In this document: positions 24,401 through 38,120 of the stretch, piece by piece
How positions within the stretch are numbered: position 1 is the first letter of the stretch
Layout of the letters: the number at the start of each line of letters is the position of its first letter
NCBI GenBank assembly: GCA_013239625.1
Contig: MU053482.1
Location: forward strand, 4,053,922 to 4,117,921
Reading direction: 5' to 3'
Length of the DNA: 64,000 bases
From: Lama guanicoe
Taxonomy: Eukaryota
Made by a program: the position numbers and the translations under genes
Notes under the pieces: model-generated
Told to the model about the DNA's origin: nothing
Databases searched by the model: none
What the model saw: only the letters and a program-made list of their open reading frames with translations

Positions 24401-27148
24401 GCTCGCCTCACTCGCTTCCCTCCCTATGATCACTCCAGCTCCAGGGGCCAGGCCGGAGGGGGAGAGGCTGGCTTGGAAGCTTCTTCTGGGATCCCTGTGA
24501 GCCGTGAGGGGGCCTGGACTAAGGGAGCAGCCGAGGGCCGGAGGAGCCTTAACTAATAGGCCTGTGATACGAGATGGGACGAAGGGCTAAGGCGGCAACA
24601 CCCCTCCAGTAACTCACATCAGAGGTGGAAGGCGAGCTGTTACGCCATTTGTGGATGTTTTACAAACCCCTGGGGCACAGAAGTGACACCCCTGGCCCCT
24701 CAGCCCTCCTCAGCTGCAAGCAATTGCTTCAGCTCACTCTCCTCTCAGCCCCCACGGCCCAGCAGGGCGACAAACCCACTCCTGGCGTTTCATTCTGGTG
24801 CTTGAGAGAGAGGACAATCACCAGCGAGGTAAAAGGACAAACCGTCAGTATCTCAGGCTCACGGCAGGGCTTTTCTTCTCCCCAGGCCGGGGGTCAGGAG
24901 TGAGGACTAGCAGCTGAGCTGGACAGCCAGCCGGGGAGCCCCAAGTGCCCCCGGCTGCACACTCCCATCCTCGGGGCCGCGGAGCCATGGCTGGGCAAAG
25001 ACCCCTAGGCTGGAGACTCCCCTCGGTCCGGTCCGTCATCTCCCGGACGAGCAAGGCCCCCTGCCCTGCAGGAGGCAGGCAGGCTCCCGGCCCAGTGCGC
25101 TTCTCCACCTGGGAGGCTGGGAGGTGGGGCCTGCCTCTGTCAGAGACCGAGGTAGTGCCTTCCACAGGCCCCAGCCCTCACTGCATCCAGCATCGCCTCA
25201 CTGACAAACAGCGACTGGGGGGTGGAAGCACTTCAGGAAGGGAAGGGTGAGAAGGCGACAAACATTTTATAGACCTTCCACACCGGTGCTCACCTTCAGC
25301 TGTGAGGATGAAGAAACTGAGGCTAAGAGGGTTTTAGAGACCTTCAGGTACATGGGCAGCTGCTCTCTCCCTCCCAGACGAGGGGAGGTTCCAGGGAAGG
25401 CTGAGATCTTGGAAGTTTGGGGTCTTCATCCCACAACTGGGGCCAAGCAGACCAGGTGGTCCTCCCCTCAGCCTGGCAAGAACTGGGGCACCACCTCCTG
25501 GCAGCCCCAAACCCTCGGCTCAGGCAGAGGAGCAAGGCTCCCGGGGGCCGGCCAGAGCTCATCCCTCAGAACCAGCGAGGGAACTACCAGGTCATTCCCA
25601 CCAGATTGTTCACACCGAGACCCAGGGGCTCCAAGGAGGGGTCTCAGGGGCTCCGGTGGGTGGGGTTCTAGGGCCCCCCGCCCACCCCAACCTGGGCAGA
25701 TCTTTTTTGGTCTTCCTTTTATTTGGCCTTCACATAGCATTTCACTTGAACAAAAGGTTATGAAGAACTTACAAAACAGTTTGAAAACCACTGCTCTGAG
25801 GCACGAGGCCTTTGTCCAGAAGGAGGGACACTAACGCCTAGTAAGCCTTCATCAGCTTAAACCCCACCAACTGGAATCTGTGAACATTTGGGTGGGTAGC
25901 TTTACCTTCCTGTCTCCACCTCCCTCAGACCCCCCAGGCCCTCTGTTCTTTAATACGGCCGATTTACACATTTTTCAACCATTCAGTCCCCTCTTCTACC
26001 CAGACTCCTGTACCAACATCTTGGCCTCTACGGGAATTCTAGGACCCTCCCCAGGCTGAGCAGAGGCTGAGATAAGGGAATCGTGCGGTGGGCAGGGGGA
26101 GAGGGGAGGAGAGCCACCCAGCAAATCAGGAACGTGGAGCAAGATGGGGTTGGTTCAGTTACCTAATCACACATTTCCAAGGTACAATGGAAGTGCCAGC
26201 TTTCTTTCAAACAATGGCGTGTGGATTTTGAGCGGGTTTATTTCCTCCATTACACCGTGTTTCCTTGGCAACACTGCGGGCCTACTGAGTAAGAGCCCTT
26301 GAAAAATGAGGTATAGTGGAGACAGAGGCACCAAATTTCAGGAGATGGCACGGCACTGGTGGTATTTGGCTAAATCCTTCCTCAGCCTGGAGCGTAGTGA
26401 GGGGTGGAAGGGGGAGAGCCCTAGGGGAATACTCTTTACAGAGAGAAAACAACTATTCTCAGCATGCTGTTAGGGGACAAGTGATCCAGGGTGAAGTGGG
26501 GTCTCTGTGGTCATTTCTTTGGATGCTTGGAGGGGATCTGTACCCTAGGGGATTGTTGCAGCCCAACCAAGAATTAAGACCTCAGCTCTCTGCAGGGGTG
26601 GGAATCACACTAGGGGAGTGACACAGTTGAGGGGTTGAAAATCACACCTAATGGGGTGATTACACAGGGTTAAAATGGTGGGGGTTGGGGGGAGTTGGCA
26701 AAGATCACTGATTGGAGAACCAACCTGTGGGCTAAAGGGTGGGCTTCCTGGAGGCGGGGGTGTGCACTGGGAGAGGAGAAAGATCTGTGAGCAGATGAAA
26801 TGGGAGAGGACAGAGGAATCAAAGGGACACAGTCCTAAATGCAGGCAAGCTCAGGCAGTGCTCGCCTTGGCTGCTTGTTAGAATCACCTGAGGAGCTTCA
26901 AAAACTAAATCAGTCTTGGGGGCGGGGCCTGGGCATGGGGATTTAGCCCAGGTGATTCCAGGTGGATTCAAGGTAGAAAACTGGGTGTATCAAGGGGAGG
27001 GGAGGAAATGCAGGGACAGCACCCGCTACTGCCAGGCTTCTGAGCCTTCCTCTCATCGCGGCGGGGCAGGCACGATCCAGCTGCGGGGCATTGTTTGTAA
27101 GACTCTGAGGAAGGCGGCTGAGGGGCTAGGAAACACCACTGCTCTGGA

Positions 27149-27320
27149 CAGTGGTTCTCAAAGGGCGGCGCCAGCACCACCTGGGAGCTTGTTAGGAACG
27201 TACATTTCTGAGCCCAGCCCCAGAGCTGCAAAATCAGAAACTCTCGAGGGCAGAACTTGGGAATCTGTGTCTCCCCGAGCCCTCCAGGCAAGTCCGATGT
27301 ACGAACGTTTGAGAGCCGCT
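27149..27320. mobile_element. MER5A hAT-Charlie element
   Basis: cagtggttctcaaag...cagcaccacctgggagcttgttag...aatcagaaactct...gccctccagg...tttgagagccgctg. Confidence 0.8.
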
Positions 27321-29329
27321 GGTCCAGGAGAAAGGTGGCTTGGTCGGCTTCCAAGCCAGGTGACCTGGGTCTCCCCTCGGCACACCCACCCTCACTCCCT
27401 ACTGGGAGCCACTCGGAGCCTCGATTCCCTGACCTGTAAAATGCAGTTGTGAGGATTAAAATCCTGGGAGCCCTTAGTCTGACCACAGGGACTGCAGGGC
27501 AGGAACAGGACAGGCAGGGGCAGAGGGTGAGGAGACACCCTCTGGGTGGGGGTGTGGGGGGAGCTGCCGGTCCAGCCGCCCTGACTCAGTGGCCCTCATC
27601 CCTGTGGCCCCCTCCCTGAGCCTGCCCTGCCAGTGGGCCTGAGGGGAAGGATTCATGGAAACAGCAGGCAGGGAGCGGACATGATGGGGGCAGGGGGAGA
27701 AGGAGCAGAGCCTTGCTTTATTAAATTTCAATTTTGAGTGGTGACGGTGACATCTGCCATGTGGGCTAGAAATGGGCTGTCTGTCCTATTTACCAAGAAT
27801 GAGCTGCTGGCCCCGCCACGGACAGGACAGGCTGATTTAAGGGTTTGGTTACTGGTCATTAACCCCTTGACCCAGAGGTTAGTTACTGTGCTGAGGACCG
27901 TGGGGCACTGATGCTAAATCAGGAACGAAGGCGAGTTATTTCCAAAATGATCTTATATTCACTAAGCATGGAACCAGGGGCATCTAGGGAACAGAAACAC
28001 TTAGAAACATTCTGTCTGCCCTAACCACGAAGGGCAGACACGTGCAAAGCAAGGTGCCTAGCTCAGACTCCCCACAGTGAGCTTGTTTCCCTGGGGCAGC
28101 TAAGCACAGGAACCCCCAGCCCAGGTCTGCAGCTGGCAGCCAGCCCCTAGTCAGCAGTCCATCCAGTTTACTTCAGCAAACACTCCTTCATGCCCCCGAG
28201 GGCGTGGGCCTGAGCTAGGGACCGGGAAGCAGAGAGGAGCCATGGAGGGCTTCCCTCAGGAGCGCTCAGCCTGCGGGGGAGACAGCCATGCTGAAAAGTC
28301 TGGAAAGAACAGCCTCCTCAGCGCAGACCAGGAGCAGGCTGGCAGAGCTGGGGGGACGAACTCTCCCCGGGGCTGGCCCGGGGAGGGAGGAGATCTGAGA
28401 TCAGCCTGGGAGGAGAGCAGTTTGCCCAGATAACTGACAAGGGCAGGGGACCTCGGGCAGAGGAAGAGGATAAGCAAAGTCACAGGGGCTCGGCACTGCA
28501 TGGCCAGTCAGGGAAGATGGGGCTGGAGAAGCAGCTTGGGAGCTGCAGAGTTTGGACCGCACCCTGCTGGTCACGGGGAGCTGGGACCTCAGATTAACCA
28601 GCCCTCCATTTGTCAGCACATCTGAGGGGTCCTCAGAGTCTTCTGAGTCAAAGACATTCCAGGGGCCTGGAAGTGAGCTGGGGTTAGAGGTGACTCCGGC
28701 CGCTCGGCAGGCCTGCCTGGAAGAGCAGGGCCGTGGGCCTGCAGGGCAGCTGGGAGAGGAGTCAAGCTTTGGGCAGAGGTGTGGTCTCCGGATTTAAGAC
28801 TGAGCAGAAAAGGCAAAGGTATGATTTCTGCCTCCCACTGTGCACCTGAAGCGGGCAGCCGGGGAAGCAGCCGTGGGCACTACTGCCGGGCTCGGAAAGC
28901 CTGACTTGGATGCCTAGTGTGTGTTTTCCTGTTTCTCTCCAGGCCTTGTGCCCGCAGCATGGGTGTCATCGCTCTCCCACTGCCTGCGGGTTGTGTGCGG
29001 CCCAGCCAGCCCCAGCAGCAGCCCTCATCCCCCGCCTTGCGCTGTCTTCTCTCCCTGTGACTGCTGGTGTCTCCTGGGCCCACTGCGTCCCTGTGAGAGC
29101 CTCTGCCTCAGGAGAAGGGCAGGTAACAGGGGTCACCCTGGGCTTCCCACAGGGAAACCAGTGAGAGTCCAGAGACATAGCAGAAATGACGGCTACAGGG
29201 TTCTTGATGCTGAGGGTTTTCTTTGCTTTCTTGTGACAGCATCTTGCCTCACCCTGGCCATACCCACAGGCTGGCCAATCAGAGCGCCCTGTTGCCTTGG
29301 CTCAGGATTGGTTCCAGGATGGGCATGTG

Positions 29330-29332
<3 letters not shown>

Positions 29333-29399
<67 letters not shown>

Positions 29400-29428
29400 T
29401 GTGTGGGTGTGTGTGTGTGTGGGTGTGG
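29333..29428. repeat. (GT)n microsatellite with interrupted 3' part
   Basis: About 30 perfect GT units followed by gggt-interrupted units. Confidence 0.98.
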
Positions 29429-29532
29429 GGGTGACTACCTGCTGCCTTTTTTCCTCAGGTAAATCAGGGAAACCCGTTCCCTCTTTACTATAAGACAGAT
29501 TAAGTTTACACATAAAGGGAACCCCAATATTG

Positions 29533-29698
29533 TTTTTTTTCTTTGTAAAAAAAACTTTTTGTTTGTTTGGGTTTTGGGGATGGGGGAGATAATTAGGTTT
29601 ATTTATTTATTTATTCTTTAATGGAGGCAAATGGATTGAACCCAGGATCTTGGGCATGCTAAGCACACACTCTACCACTGAGCTATACCCTCCCCCCC
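29533..29698 (-). mobile_element. Vic-1-type camelid tRNA-derived SINE
   Basis: Minus strand starts ggggggagggtatagctcagtggtagag (A box), has GGTTCAATCC (B box), then aaataaa repeats and an A-rich tail. Flanked by ccccaatattg / ccccaattttg, a probable target-site duplication. Confidence 0.8.
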
Positions 29699-29984
29699 AG
29701 GCCCCAATTTTGGAAGGTGCTGCTCCAAACCCTTCCTAGCTGTGTCTGCTCGTCTACCACAAGCTCCCTCTACTCCCTGACAAACAGCTAAGATGAGGCA
29801 CACGATGTGCACTGAGAAAGATGCACCCTGACATTCCTCTTTTCAAAACACAACAGTCTGCTGACTCTGCATCCGCCTGTGACTGTCAGTGCACGCTCCT
29901 AATGCCTCTAACAGATGGATTCCCTGCCCTGTCCCTCGGGGCCGCCCCGGTGCTTCCCTCCAGACTCAGCCGACACGTCCCAGC

Positions 29985-30650
29985 ATCGTTCGTGTCAGAC
30001 TCAACCACGTGTCTTTAACCAATGGAACGTGAGCAGGAGAGATGCATGTCGTTTCCAATCAGAAGCCTTAAGAGGAAGCAGGTGATCTGCCACATTTCAT
30101 TTTGCTTTCTGCCACTGGACTGGTCGTCTCCCAGAGGCGGGGCTGCTCCTTTGGCCCCAGAAAAAGGTGAGGTGACCCAGGGCAGCAGCTAAAGGCTGGT
30201 GACCACGTAGCATAAGCAAGAAATAAGCATTTCTTGTTGTAAGGCCCTGCGATGTGGGGATCATCAGCCTAAGCTGAATGATAAAGAAATCCATTCTAGA
30301 TGAAACAGTGCCACCAAACCCTAACAGATGAGACATTGACACGGGGGCCAGAAAATGGGTGGTGAGGAGCCATCCCTGTGACCTCTTTTATGCAGCAGCA
30401 GTGAAACACTTGGCAAGACTGCTGCCTGCAATAAGTTGGTAGACAGAAAACATGGCAAATGAGCTCGTGCTTTCGATGACAAGCACGCCTTTGTTACTGT
30501 CGGCTGCTTTTGACAAGCGCTGCAAGAGGAAGATAAGGTCAGGAAAGATCTGGACCTGTAGCATGACCGAGAAATGTCTGTTATTGGAAGCCACTTGGAT
30601 TTTGAGGTCACTCGTTACTAGAGCATAACAAAGCCTGAACTGGCTGACAC
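29985..30650 (+). mobile_element. MLT1 (H/J-like) LTR pieces with probable internal fragment
   Basis: aaccaatggaacgtgagcag...gtagcataagcaagaaataagcatttcttgttgtaag...gttactagagcataac...tggctgacac. Confidence 0.55.
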
Positions 30651-30834
30651 ACGCATTCTGCTATGCTCACTCACCAAACAGTCATGCACAAACAGAATCA
30701 CAACATGTGATGCACGATCTTTAAGCAAAGTAAAACGGGCTTGTAAAGTATATACCGAGGGGGCTTCATCTAGCAGGGGAGAGGAAAGAGGTTGATTTAA
30801 GAAAGACTGACAGGATTCACCTCCCCACTCTCAT

Positions 30835-30985
30835 TGCTCATTAGCTGTGTGACTGTGGACAGTTTACCTGGCCATTCATTCTTTCAGTTTACTCATCTGT
30901 AAAAGCAGGAGATGATAGCGGTACCCACTGTGTAGAGCTGATGGGGGATTATATGGACTTTGCGCTGGGTAATGTCAGTGCTTAG
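30835..30985 (+). mobile_element. MIR SINE
   Basis: ttagctgtgtgactgtggacagtttac...cagtttactcatctgtaaaa. Confidence 0.65.
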
Positions 30986-31475
30986 TAGCGCTCTTGTCAC
31001 GTCAGTCTCTCCCCGTCAGACTCCAAGTTCCCCAAGGGCAGGGGCCATGCTTGTCTTGCTCACCGTTGTGTCTCTATTATCCAACCCAGTGCTTGACATG
31101 TAACATATACTCCAAACATATAGGTGTTTAAATATATGTGTAACTAAACTATTCCAGGGACATTGAACTCTATCCAGGCTCCCCACCTGGTTCCTATTTC
31201 ATATCTCTTACTCTAAGAGTCCACTAAGCTTCTCTCTGCTTAGTTTTGGCCAGTACCTTGGACAACCCCACCCCCAACATGGCCTTGTGGATTAATAGTT
31301 TGGATACAACAGGATGCCCTCTCCAGGATGAGATTTCCAATATTTGCCCCCAGGACACAGTCTGCGCCAGGCCTAACCCTTATCTGGTCCCTGAGAGCAG
31401 TAAGGGGCTTAGTCCCTTGCGGGCACACCACAACTGTTACCCTGCACTGAAACAAGAAGAGCTTAGAATGTTCCC

Positions 31476-31478
<3 letters not shown>

Positions 31479-31512
<34 letters not shown>
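31479..31512. repeat. (GT)n microsatellite
   Basis: About 17 GT units. Confidence 0.95.
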
Positions 31513-31514
<2 letters not shown>

Positions 31515-32049
31515 CAGAGTTTTTTTTAACATACAGTCAATAGCAATCTGGACTCAGCCGTAATCTCAGGGACCAGGAAGATGAAGGAAAGAGGAAAGCA
31601 GTAAAACCTGTGGGTTAAGATCCAGCAGGGAGAAATTATCCCAGAAAAATGGACTTCGTGTGGATGAAATATTGGTGCCTGATTTTAATTTGCAAATAGA
31701 AGTCTTTTTTAGCCTTACTTCACCTGCTCCAACCCCATCCCCAATCCCATCTCCCTCTTCCCCAGGAAGAGTATAACCTGATTTACTAGAGAAAAAAGGT
31801 CCAGCTCATGTCTTTAGCGGATGTCACAGACCCGGGATAGCAATGCCAGATGGACTGCACTGTGACAGAGAAAGTGCTAGGAGACTGAGGCCATTCTTTT
31901 GGGGATGCCTTTCCTTCCATCCCACAAGATAGGTGCTCAATAAATGTTTTTTGGATGAAGGAGTGAATAAATGAAGGAGTGAACACATGAAATCATACAA
32001 AGTGAACCTGATAGGAAATTGTGATATAAAAATAGCCAGAGACTTCCCC

Positions 32050-32551
32050 CATCCTTGCATGCAAACCACATTGCAATGTGACTTTCTAGCTACTCCTTTC
32101 AAAGATGGAGTCTATTTCTCTGCTCGCTGAATCTGGGCTTGGCCGTGTGACTTCTTAGGCCAATGACAAAATTTCCACAGCGAACATAATGCAAGGAGAG
32201 ACCAGAAAAGCACTCGTGTACTTGCGCGTGCCCTTTCTTGCTGCTCTTAGAAATCCCTGTCACCACCATCAGGTGAAGCAGCCTGGGTTAGCCTGTTGGA
32301 TGATGAAACACACATGGTCCAGATGGCCCCTCACTCCAGCTGACATCAGCCCACCTCTGCAGGCTGACCCAACTAGCCGACCAGCTATTGGCGGCAGTTG
32401 CCTGACTGAGCCCAGCTGAGACCACCAGAAGAAAGGGCCAGCGCAGCCCAGCTCAAACTACTGACCCCCAGAATCTTGAGCTAAATAAACAGGTGTCTTT
32501 AGCCACTGAATCTTGGGGTAGTTCGCTATGTGGCCAAGGTGTACTGATACA
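32050..32551 (+). mobile_element. MLT1F-like solo LTR
   Basis: tttctagctactcc..tcaaagatggagtcta...cccagctcaaactactgacccccagaatc...gctaaataaa...actgataca. Confidence 0.75.
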
Positions 32552-32574
32552 GGGAGCTCCTTTCACAGGGGTGT

Positions 32575-32765
32575 CAGGGATGCTAAGTGTTTTACAAGCA
32601 TACTTACTTAATCCTCAAAATAACCCTGGATAAGTGGGGGTGTTATTACCTGCACTTTTAGGTGAAGAAACAATCAGATAGAGGTCAATAAATGGACAGC
32701 AAGTGGCAGAGCTGGGAACCGAACTCAGGCCACTGGTTCCAAAGCCCAGCTCTCAACCACTGACA
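32575..32765 (-). mobile_element. MIR SINE
   Basis: tttaatcctcaaaataaccct...ggtgaagaaac...aagtggcagagctggga. Confidence 0.7.
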
Positions 32766-35700
32766 CCCGCTTCTTCCTAAAGAAAGAAAGGAAGGTTTGA
32801 TGCCACCCCTTTCTACCTGCGCCCCCCTCTCCTGAAGCACTCCTCCCTCTCTGCTTTTGCTCCACACATCCATCGCTCCCTTTAAGGCCCAGGGCAGCTC
32901 CTGCTCCAGGAAGGCTTCCCTGACCTCTCAAGTTTGCCAAAACACAGCCCTCTTTTCTCCCGAACCCTTCCCCTGGCAGAGTGGAGCCTCCATGGAGCCC
33001 TGCTGATCCTGGACTGAAAGCAGCGTGACATGTCGGGGACAGAGTTCAGTTGCCGTGAGGATGGAGAGACTGTCGGGAGTGGGTGCTCTGTCCTGAGCAC
33101 AAAAGCCGGGGACCAAGGGTGACTGCAGTGGCCGCAGGAAAGGGGCTGTGGGTCCCCCAGTCTGATTCCTCCTACCCTCCCAGTTCCTATGGGGCCTGAG
33201 TATGTACCTGAGATTTAATTTTTGTGGTCTTCTTGGGGCTTTCTCCCCCTCTCTCACCCTGATACGCTCGGGGCTTCTTTCCCTGGTTGGTCTTCCCTTG
33301 TCTGCCTCAGTTGGAGTCCTCTGAAAACACCTATCAAAATCCCAGTGTCTTTCAAGGCCAGCCCTTTCCAACTAGAAGGGCCTTTGCCTGTCTGTGCAGT
33401 CAGGCCACTCAAGATGGCTGTTCTCCTGCTCTCTGTACATCCCCTGCTCAGCCAGCCCTGCTTCACTCACATGCCTATCAAATCCTCTTAATTATAGGGT
33501 TTAATTAGCCTCTGGTAACTGATGAGCTACGTGATGTCTAATCCCCTATGAACAGTAGCCTCCTCCTCCAGCTGTAGCAAAGACCGCTGCCGTGTCCTGC
33601 CGCTGTCTGCTGCACAGGGTGGGGTGTCACTCCAGGACCCTTTGTGCAAGGTCCCCCTGTCCAGTAAACCACTGATATCTCTGTCACTGTCTTTGGCCTT
33701 TTGCTTTGGTCTCGAGGCTGGGCACCGCCAAGGATTGCAGGCCTGTGGGGCGCAGCCCAACACTGTCCTGACCCAAGTGGCTCTTCCTGGAGGACACCGC
33801 CACTCCTGTGGGCTCTCGGACCTGCTGGTTCTCTCATCAGGCATACGAGATGGAGCTGACACTCTCCTCTCCCCACAGTGCTCCTTCCACACCTCAGCTT
33901 CCCACCCTGGTGTAAAAACACCTCCTCCTTAAGCATCAGACATCAGGCACCACCACACTCCGCCCGCTTCGTTCTCATCAGGTGCTTCCCGGGTAGCCCG
34001 CCGCATCCATCCAGGTCTCTGGCATCAGGCTCACAGCTTCCTCTACATCCCACCAGCAAGACTTCAGAGTCTCAATCAGTGAGTGACCCAACCTGCACCG
34101 TGGCCTCAGTTCCAGGGAGGGCCTCCCACACCCAAACCCCAGCTCTCAGTGCCTGAACTGCAGTACCCCTGAAATCTTAATCTTGATTACTCCGTCTCTT
34201 ACTTCCTGAATGCCTGCTCATCAGCCTAACTGAGACCTTAGGAATAAAAACCTGTTTTTCCTTCCTCTCCCACCTGGCCTTTCCAGGTCCCTAGAAAGGC
34301 TATTCCTGCAGTCACTCCCTTCCCAGCACCTTCAGATCTTTAATTCTTCTTTCTGCCTTTCACACCCTGTAAATCCCACCTCTGCAGCCTCATTCACCTT
34401 CTCCACACCTGTTCCCTGGATGGGGAGCTTTCTGGAACTCCAAGAAGAATCACAGAACTGGGCAAGTTAGACCCATCACAAGCTCCTGGTTTTCAACTTC
34501 AAGAGGGCCCCCAGCCCTACCTGGTATTCCCTCTGGGGGTGCCTGCCCAGCCTCTGAGCCACTTCCCCTGAGCAGGGTTCCTCAACCGTCTCCCCTCTCT
34601 AATACTTACAGACCCCCCCTTTACTTGCAAGGCAGCCTGCAAGCTTCTTCCTCCTGAACCTCCTTCCATCCTGCCCTGGACCTTCCGAGACGGGAGTTCC
34701 CCTCCTGTAGTCCAGGGCCCACCCCACTGGCCTTGGACCCCATCCTCTCCCGTCCCTCCCCTGTCCCCACCGCAAGAACGTGGCTTCATTCTCTCCCCAT
34801 CTATCAGATCCCTTTCTCTGGACTTCTTTCCATCAGTTGCAAAACATGCTCCCTTTTTGCTTTTCTTAAAAAGCATATCTTAACACACACCTGTCTTCTC
34901 TCAACCCCACTCCCCTTCTAATAGCCAGCCGCTATCTCTCCATCCTTTCACAGCAAACTCTGGGGAAGAGGAGTCTGCACTCGCCGCCTCCTCCTCCTCA
35001 TTCCTTCCCTGGATGGAGGCTCTCTGGCTACCAGGTCCTCCCAGACATTCCATGACTACCAACTACATCACGGGGGATAAAATACTCCTGTGGCATCAGC
35101 TGTCCTTGTTTTCCAGGGGTCGGTGTCAAGGTGAAACTTGCCACCCTAGAAACCCCCAGGGGGATTGAGAAGGTGAGTACGGATCAGTCCATATGGTGGT
35201 CATCACTTAAAAGGCTCAAATTTTCCGTGAATTTAGGCATTCCTGTATCCAACACATATTTGTGAAGCACCTGTAATGGCCCAGGCAAACATGACTGAGT
35301 GACTCTTGAGCAGCCCAGGATATTCTGAGGCGCTAAGACACTGCAGAGACATTAATGTGTTCTGTAGCCCCATTCTCCAAGAATTAAGACCAGCAGATCC
35401 TTTTTCCTGCAGAAAGAATATTATGAAATTTTCCTTTTAAGTGTGTCCTTCACCCAAGTCGACCTCCACTCCCACACGTGTTCCAGCATTTCAAGGTGTA
35501 TTTTTTGAGCAAGAAGGAAAAAAATTAAATAAAGCTGTTCTGGTGATTGATTTAGAGGGCCCAGCTCTGCTGAAATTCCCAGTATATTAACACAGTGCTA
35601 ACCTCAAGGACTCCACTAAAACTTGATGCTGCCAGGACTAATGTGCAGCAATGAACAGATTTCAGAAAAAGCAGCTGGGACAAAAGCAGTGTTGTGACAA

Positions 35701-35919
35701 TGGAGTTAGTTGGGAAAATCGAATATAAGAAGCCATTTATGCCCATGGTATATTCTGAACACGTCTACTTAGGAACTTACCTGAAATAGACAAACACATC
35801 GTTAAGCCTCCTTGATGTAAACACAATTCAGACGTCCCCACTCAATGCCACCAGCCATTCCCAAAGCCCAGAGCCCGCTTCTTACATTCCTTCTTTGTCA
35901 CATTCTCAGCTAGGTGTGG

Positions 35920-36092
35920 TACCACCTCCTCCAGGGGACTTTTGGAAATGCATGGGGGGATACTTTGGTCCCACAATGACACTGATGGTGGCCAGGGTCC
36001 AGGGATGCTAAACACCCTGCGTTGGGTAGGAGAGTCCCACACAGTGGAGAACTTCCCCACCGCAAATGCTACCGACATCCTACTGAGAAATG
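35920..36092. mobile_element. MER3/MER20B-like hAT element
   Basis: aggggacttttggaaatg...cacaatgac...ccagggatgctaaacaccctgc...ctgagaaa. Confidence 0.55.
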
Positions 36093-37097
36093 GCAGCAGG
36101 GAGCAGCCCACTTCTCCATGGCTGGTGCTTTGTGCAAAGGGCAGTGGAGCCCTCATACAGACTACAGGGAAACCTCCCTACTTCCTGCTCCAAGTGGAAG
36201 AAAGGAAGAGGAAATGTCTTTGGACAGGTGGGGATCTGCACCTGTGCTGTTCAGGAGCGGTCTCTCTCCTGAGGTGGAATGCTTGCCACTGATAATACTC
36301 TGCCATCGGCTTGCTGTTCTTATCCTTGGCTCTCCTGGATGCAGTTGTGCAAAACCAGCTTGACTTGGGGTGTGAGTTCCAGAAAGTTCCCGGGGGGGGG
36401 GTGTCAGTATGGCCTTACCTGTAGGAGAACCCTTCGAGTGTGAAAGTCTTTCTTGCCTGGGGTTTGGGTCAAATGGAAAGGCAGGCCAGCTTCTTTGTGC
36501 CAGCAAGACCTGGTGGCAGGAGAAGTCCCCACTCCCCTTCAACCTGTGCCCATAGCAACTGGCCCTCAGCAAGCAGAAGGACCAGGGTCTGGCTTACATC
36601 CCAGTGTGGGAGGGCACATCTTTCAAGCTCCCATCCCTGGGTCTCAATGAAAAGATACTAGGTCTGAAAGAAGGGGTACAGATCTGCCAGATGCTGTCTT
36701 GACTAGTAATAACTCATACTACTAACAAAACTATTGATTGAGGACTTGCTCTGTGCCAGGCATGGTGCTGACTGAGCCCCCTATAGGTTTCTCCATTTAG
36801 CCCTCACAAGACCTCTTTCAGATGAATGAGTTTAACTCCATGTTACAGAAGAAGGGTCAGGTGTCTGGGTTAAGGCTGGTAAAAATCCACTGACCTTATG
36901 AACAGATCCATCTGCTAACCAGAGTGCACTGAAGCTTACTCTGGGCCAGGCAGTGTGCAAGGCACCGGGGATACACTGGAGAACAAAGCAAAGTGCCTGC
37001 CCTCAAGGAGCTTACCACCTAGTGGTGGAGCGAGACCACTGCCAAGTACACAATCTATGTATACCCGCCAGCTGTGATTACAGTTACATTTATACAG

Positions 37098-37195
37098 GCA
37101 GTTGTCCCTCACGATCCGGGGGGAATTGGTTCCAGGACCCTGCGGATACCAAAATCCACAGATGCTCAAGTCCCTTATATAAAACAGCATGGTAG
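37098..37195 (+). mobile_element. MER2 (TcMar-Tigger) 5' fragment
   Basis: cagttgtccctc...ttggttccaggaccc..gcggataccaaaatccacagatgctcaagtcccttatataaaa. Confidence 0.85.
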
Positions 37196-37859
37196 AGTCG
37201 AAGCATCGCAGGCCTGGTGTCTGTGGACTCGGCTCTGTGAGGTGACTGCACAACATGAGCTGTGATGCAGTAACAACTGACAGCGCCTTAGACGGGGCGG
37301 TGAGGAAAGACTGCCCCTTGGCTGAGACCTGAGGATAAGCAGAGGGGAGAAGTGGGGGCTGTTAGGTATGGTGCTTTGGTCCTGGAATCCTGAGACTAGT
37401 CGACTTCCTGTGTGAAGACAGTAGCCCCAGTTCCTCAGAGGAAGTGGGAACCCCACAGGCAAGGGGCCTGTGCAGAGAGCCCTCAGGAGGCAAGAGAGCT
37501 GACTTGCCTGTGTCCTGTGCCCCAGCCCCGGGTGGAGGGGAAGGGCAGCGGCAGCTGGGTACGCGTTCAGATCGCCTTGGGCCCAGGCTCTAGACCCTGC
37601 CATAAGTCTCTTCAGGGAGAAAACTGCACATCAGGCTCAGTTTTCCTTTAGATCCCAAAGAGAAGAGCATGCCTGAGGGTCGGCTAAGTCAGCTGCTCCC
37701 TCCCCTGTGGTCTCACCTCAGCCTTTATTCACCCAGTGAGGACACCCTGAACGGCTCTGAGATGCCAAGCCTTCATCACGCCACACAGTGGTGGCTTGCT
37801 GTCCTGCCTCTGTCCAGAGAACTTCCTGAGAGCAGAGGCCGCGTATCTAATGAAACCAG

Positions 37860-38120
37860 GGAGGCAGTCCTGAGTCACGGCTCTGAGCGTGGGCTCGCAG
37901 CTGGGCAATCTGGGTTTCGAGCCGGGCGCTACCCCTTGCTAATTGTGGGACCTGAGCACTTTCCCTAATTGCCCCGAGCCCAGTTTTCTCCCCTGTACAA
38001 ATAGGGTAATAGCAATACCTACTTCCCAGGGCTCTTGAGAGTATTCATTGAGATTATACACATACAACATTTAGAAAAATGCCTGGGGACAGTAAGCAAT
38101 AAAGGAAGCTGTTGTTAGCA
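37860..38120 (+). mobile_element. MIR SINE
   Basis: ctgggtttcgagcc...cagttttctcccctgtacaaatagggtaatagcaatacctac. Confidence 0.7.

Noticed and set aside
25247..25834. 195-aa ORF
   Set aside because: Low-complexity G/P/R/S composition and no domain signal.
28921..29513. ORFs with CV/TH dipeptide runs
   Set aside because: These are translations of the (GT)n microsatellite.
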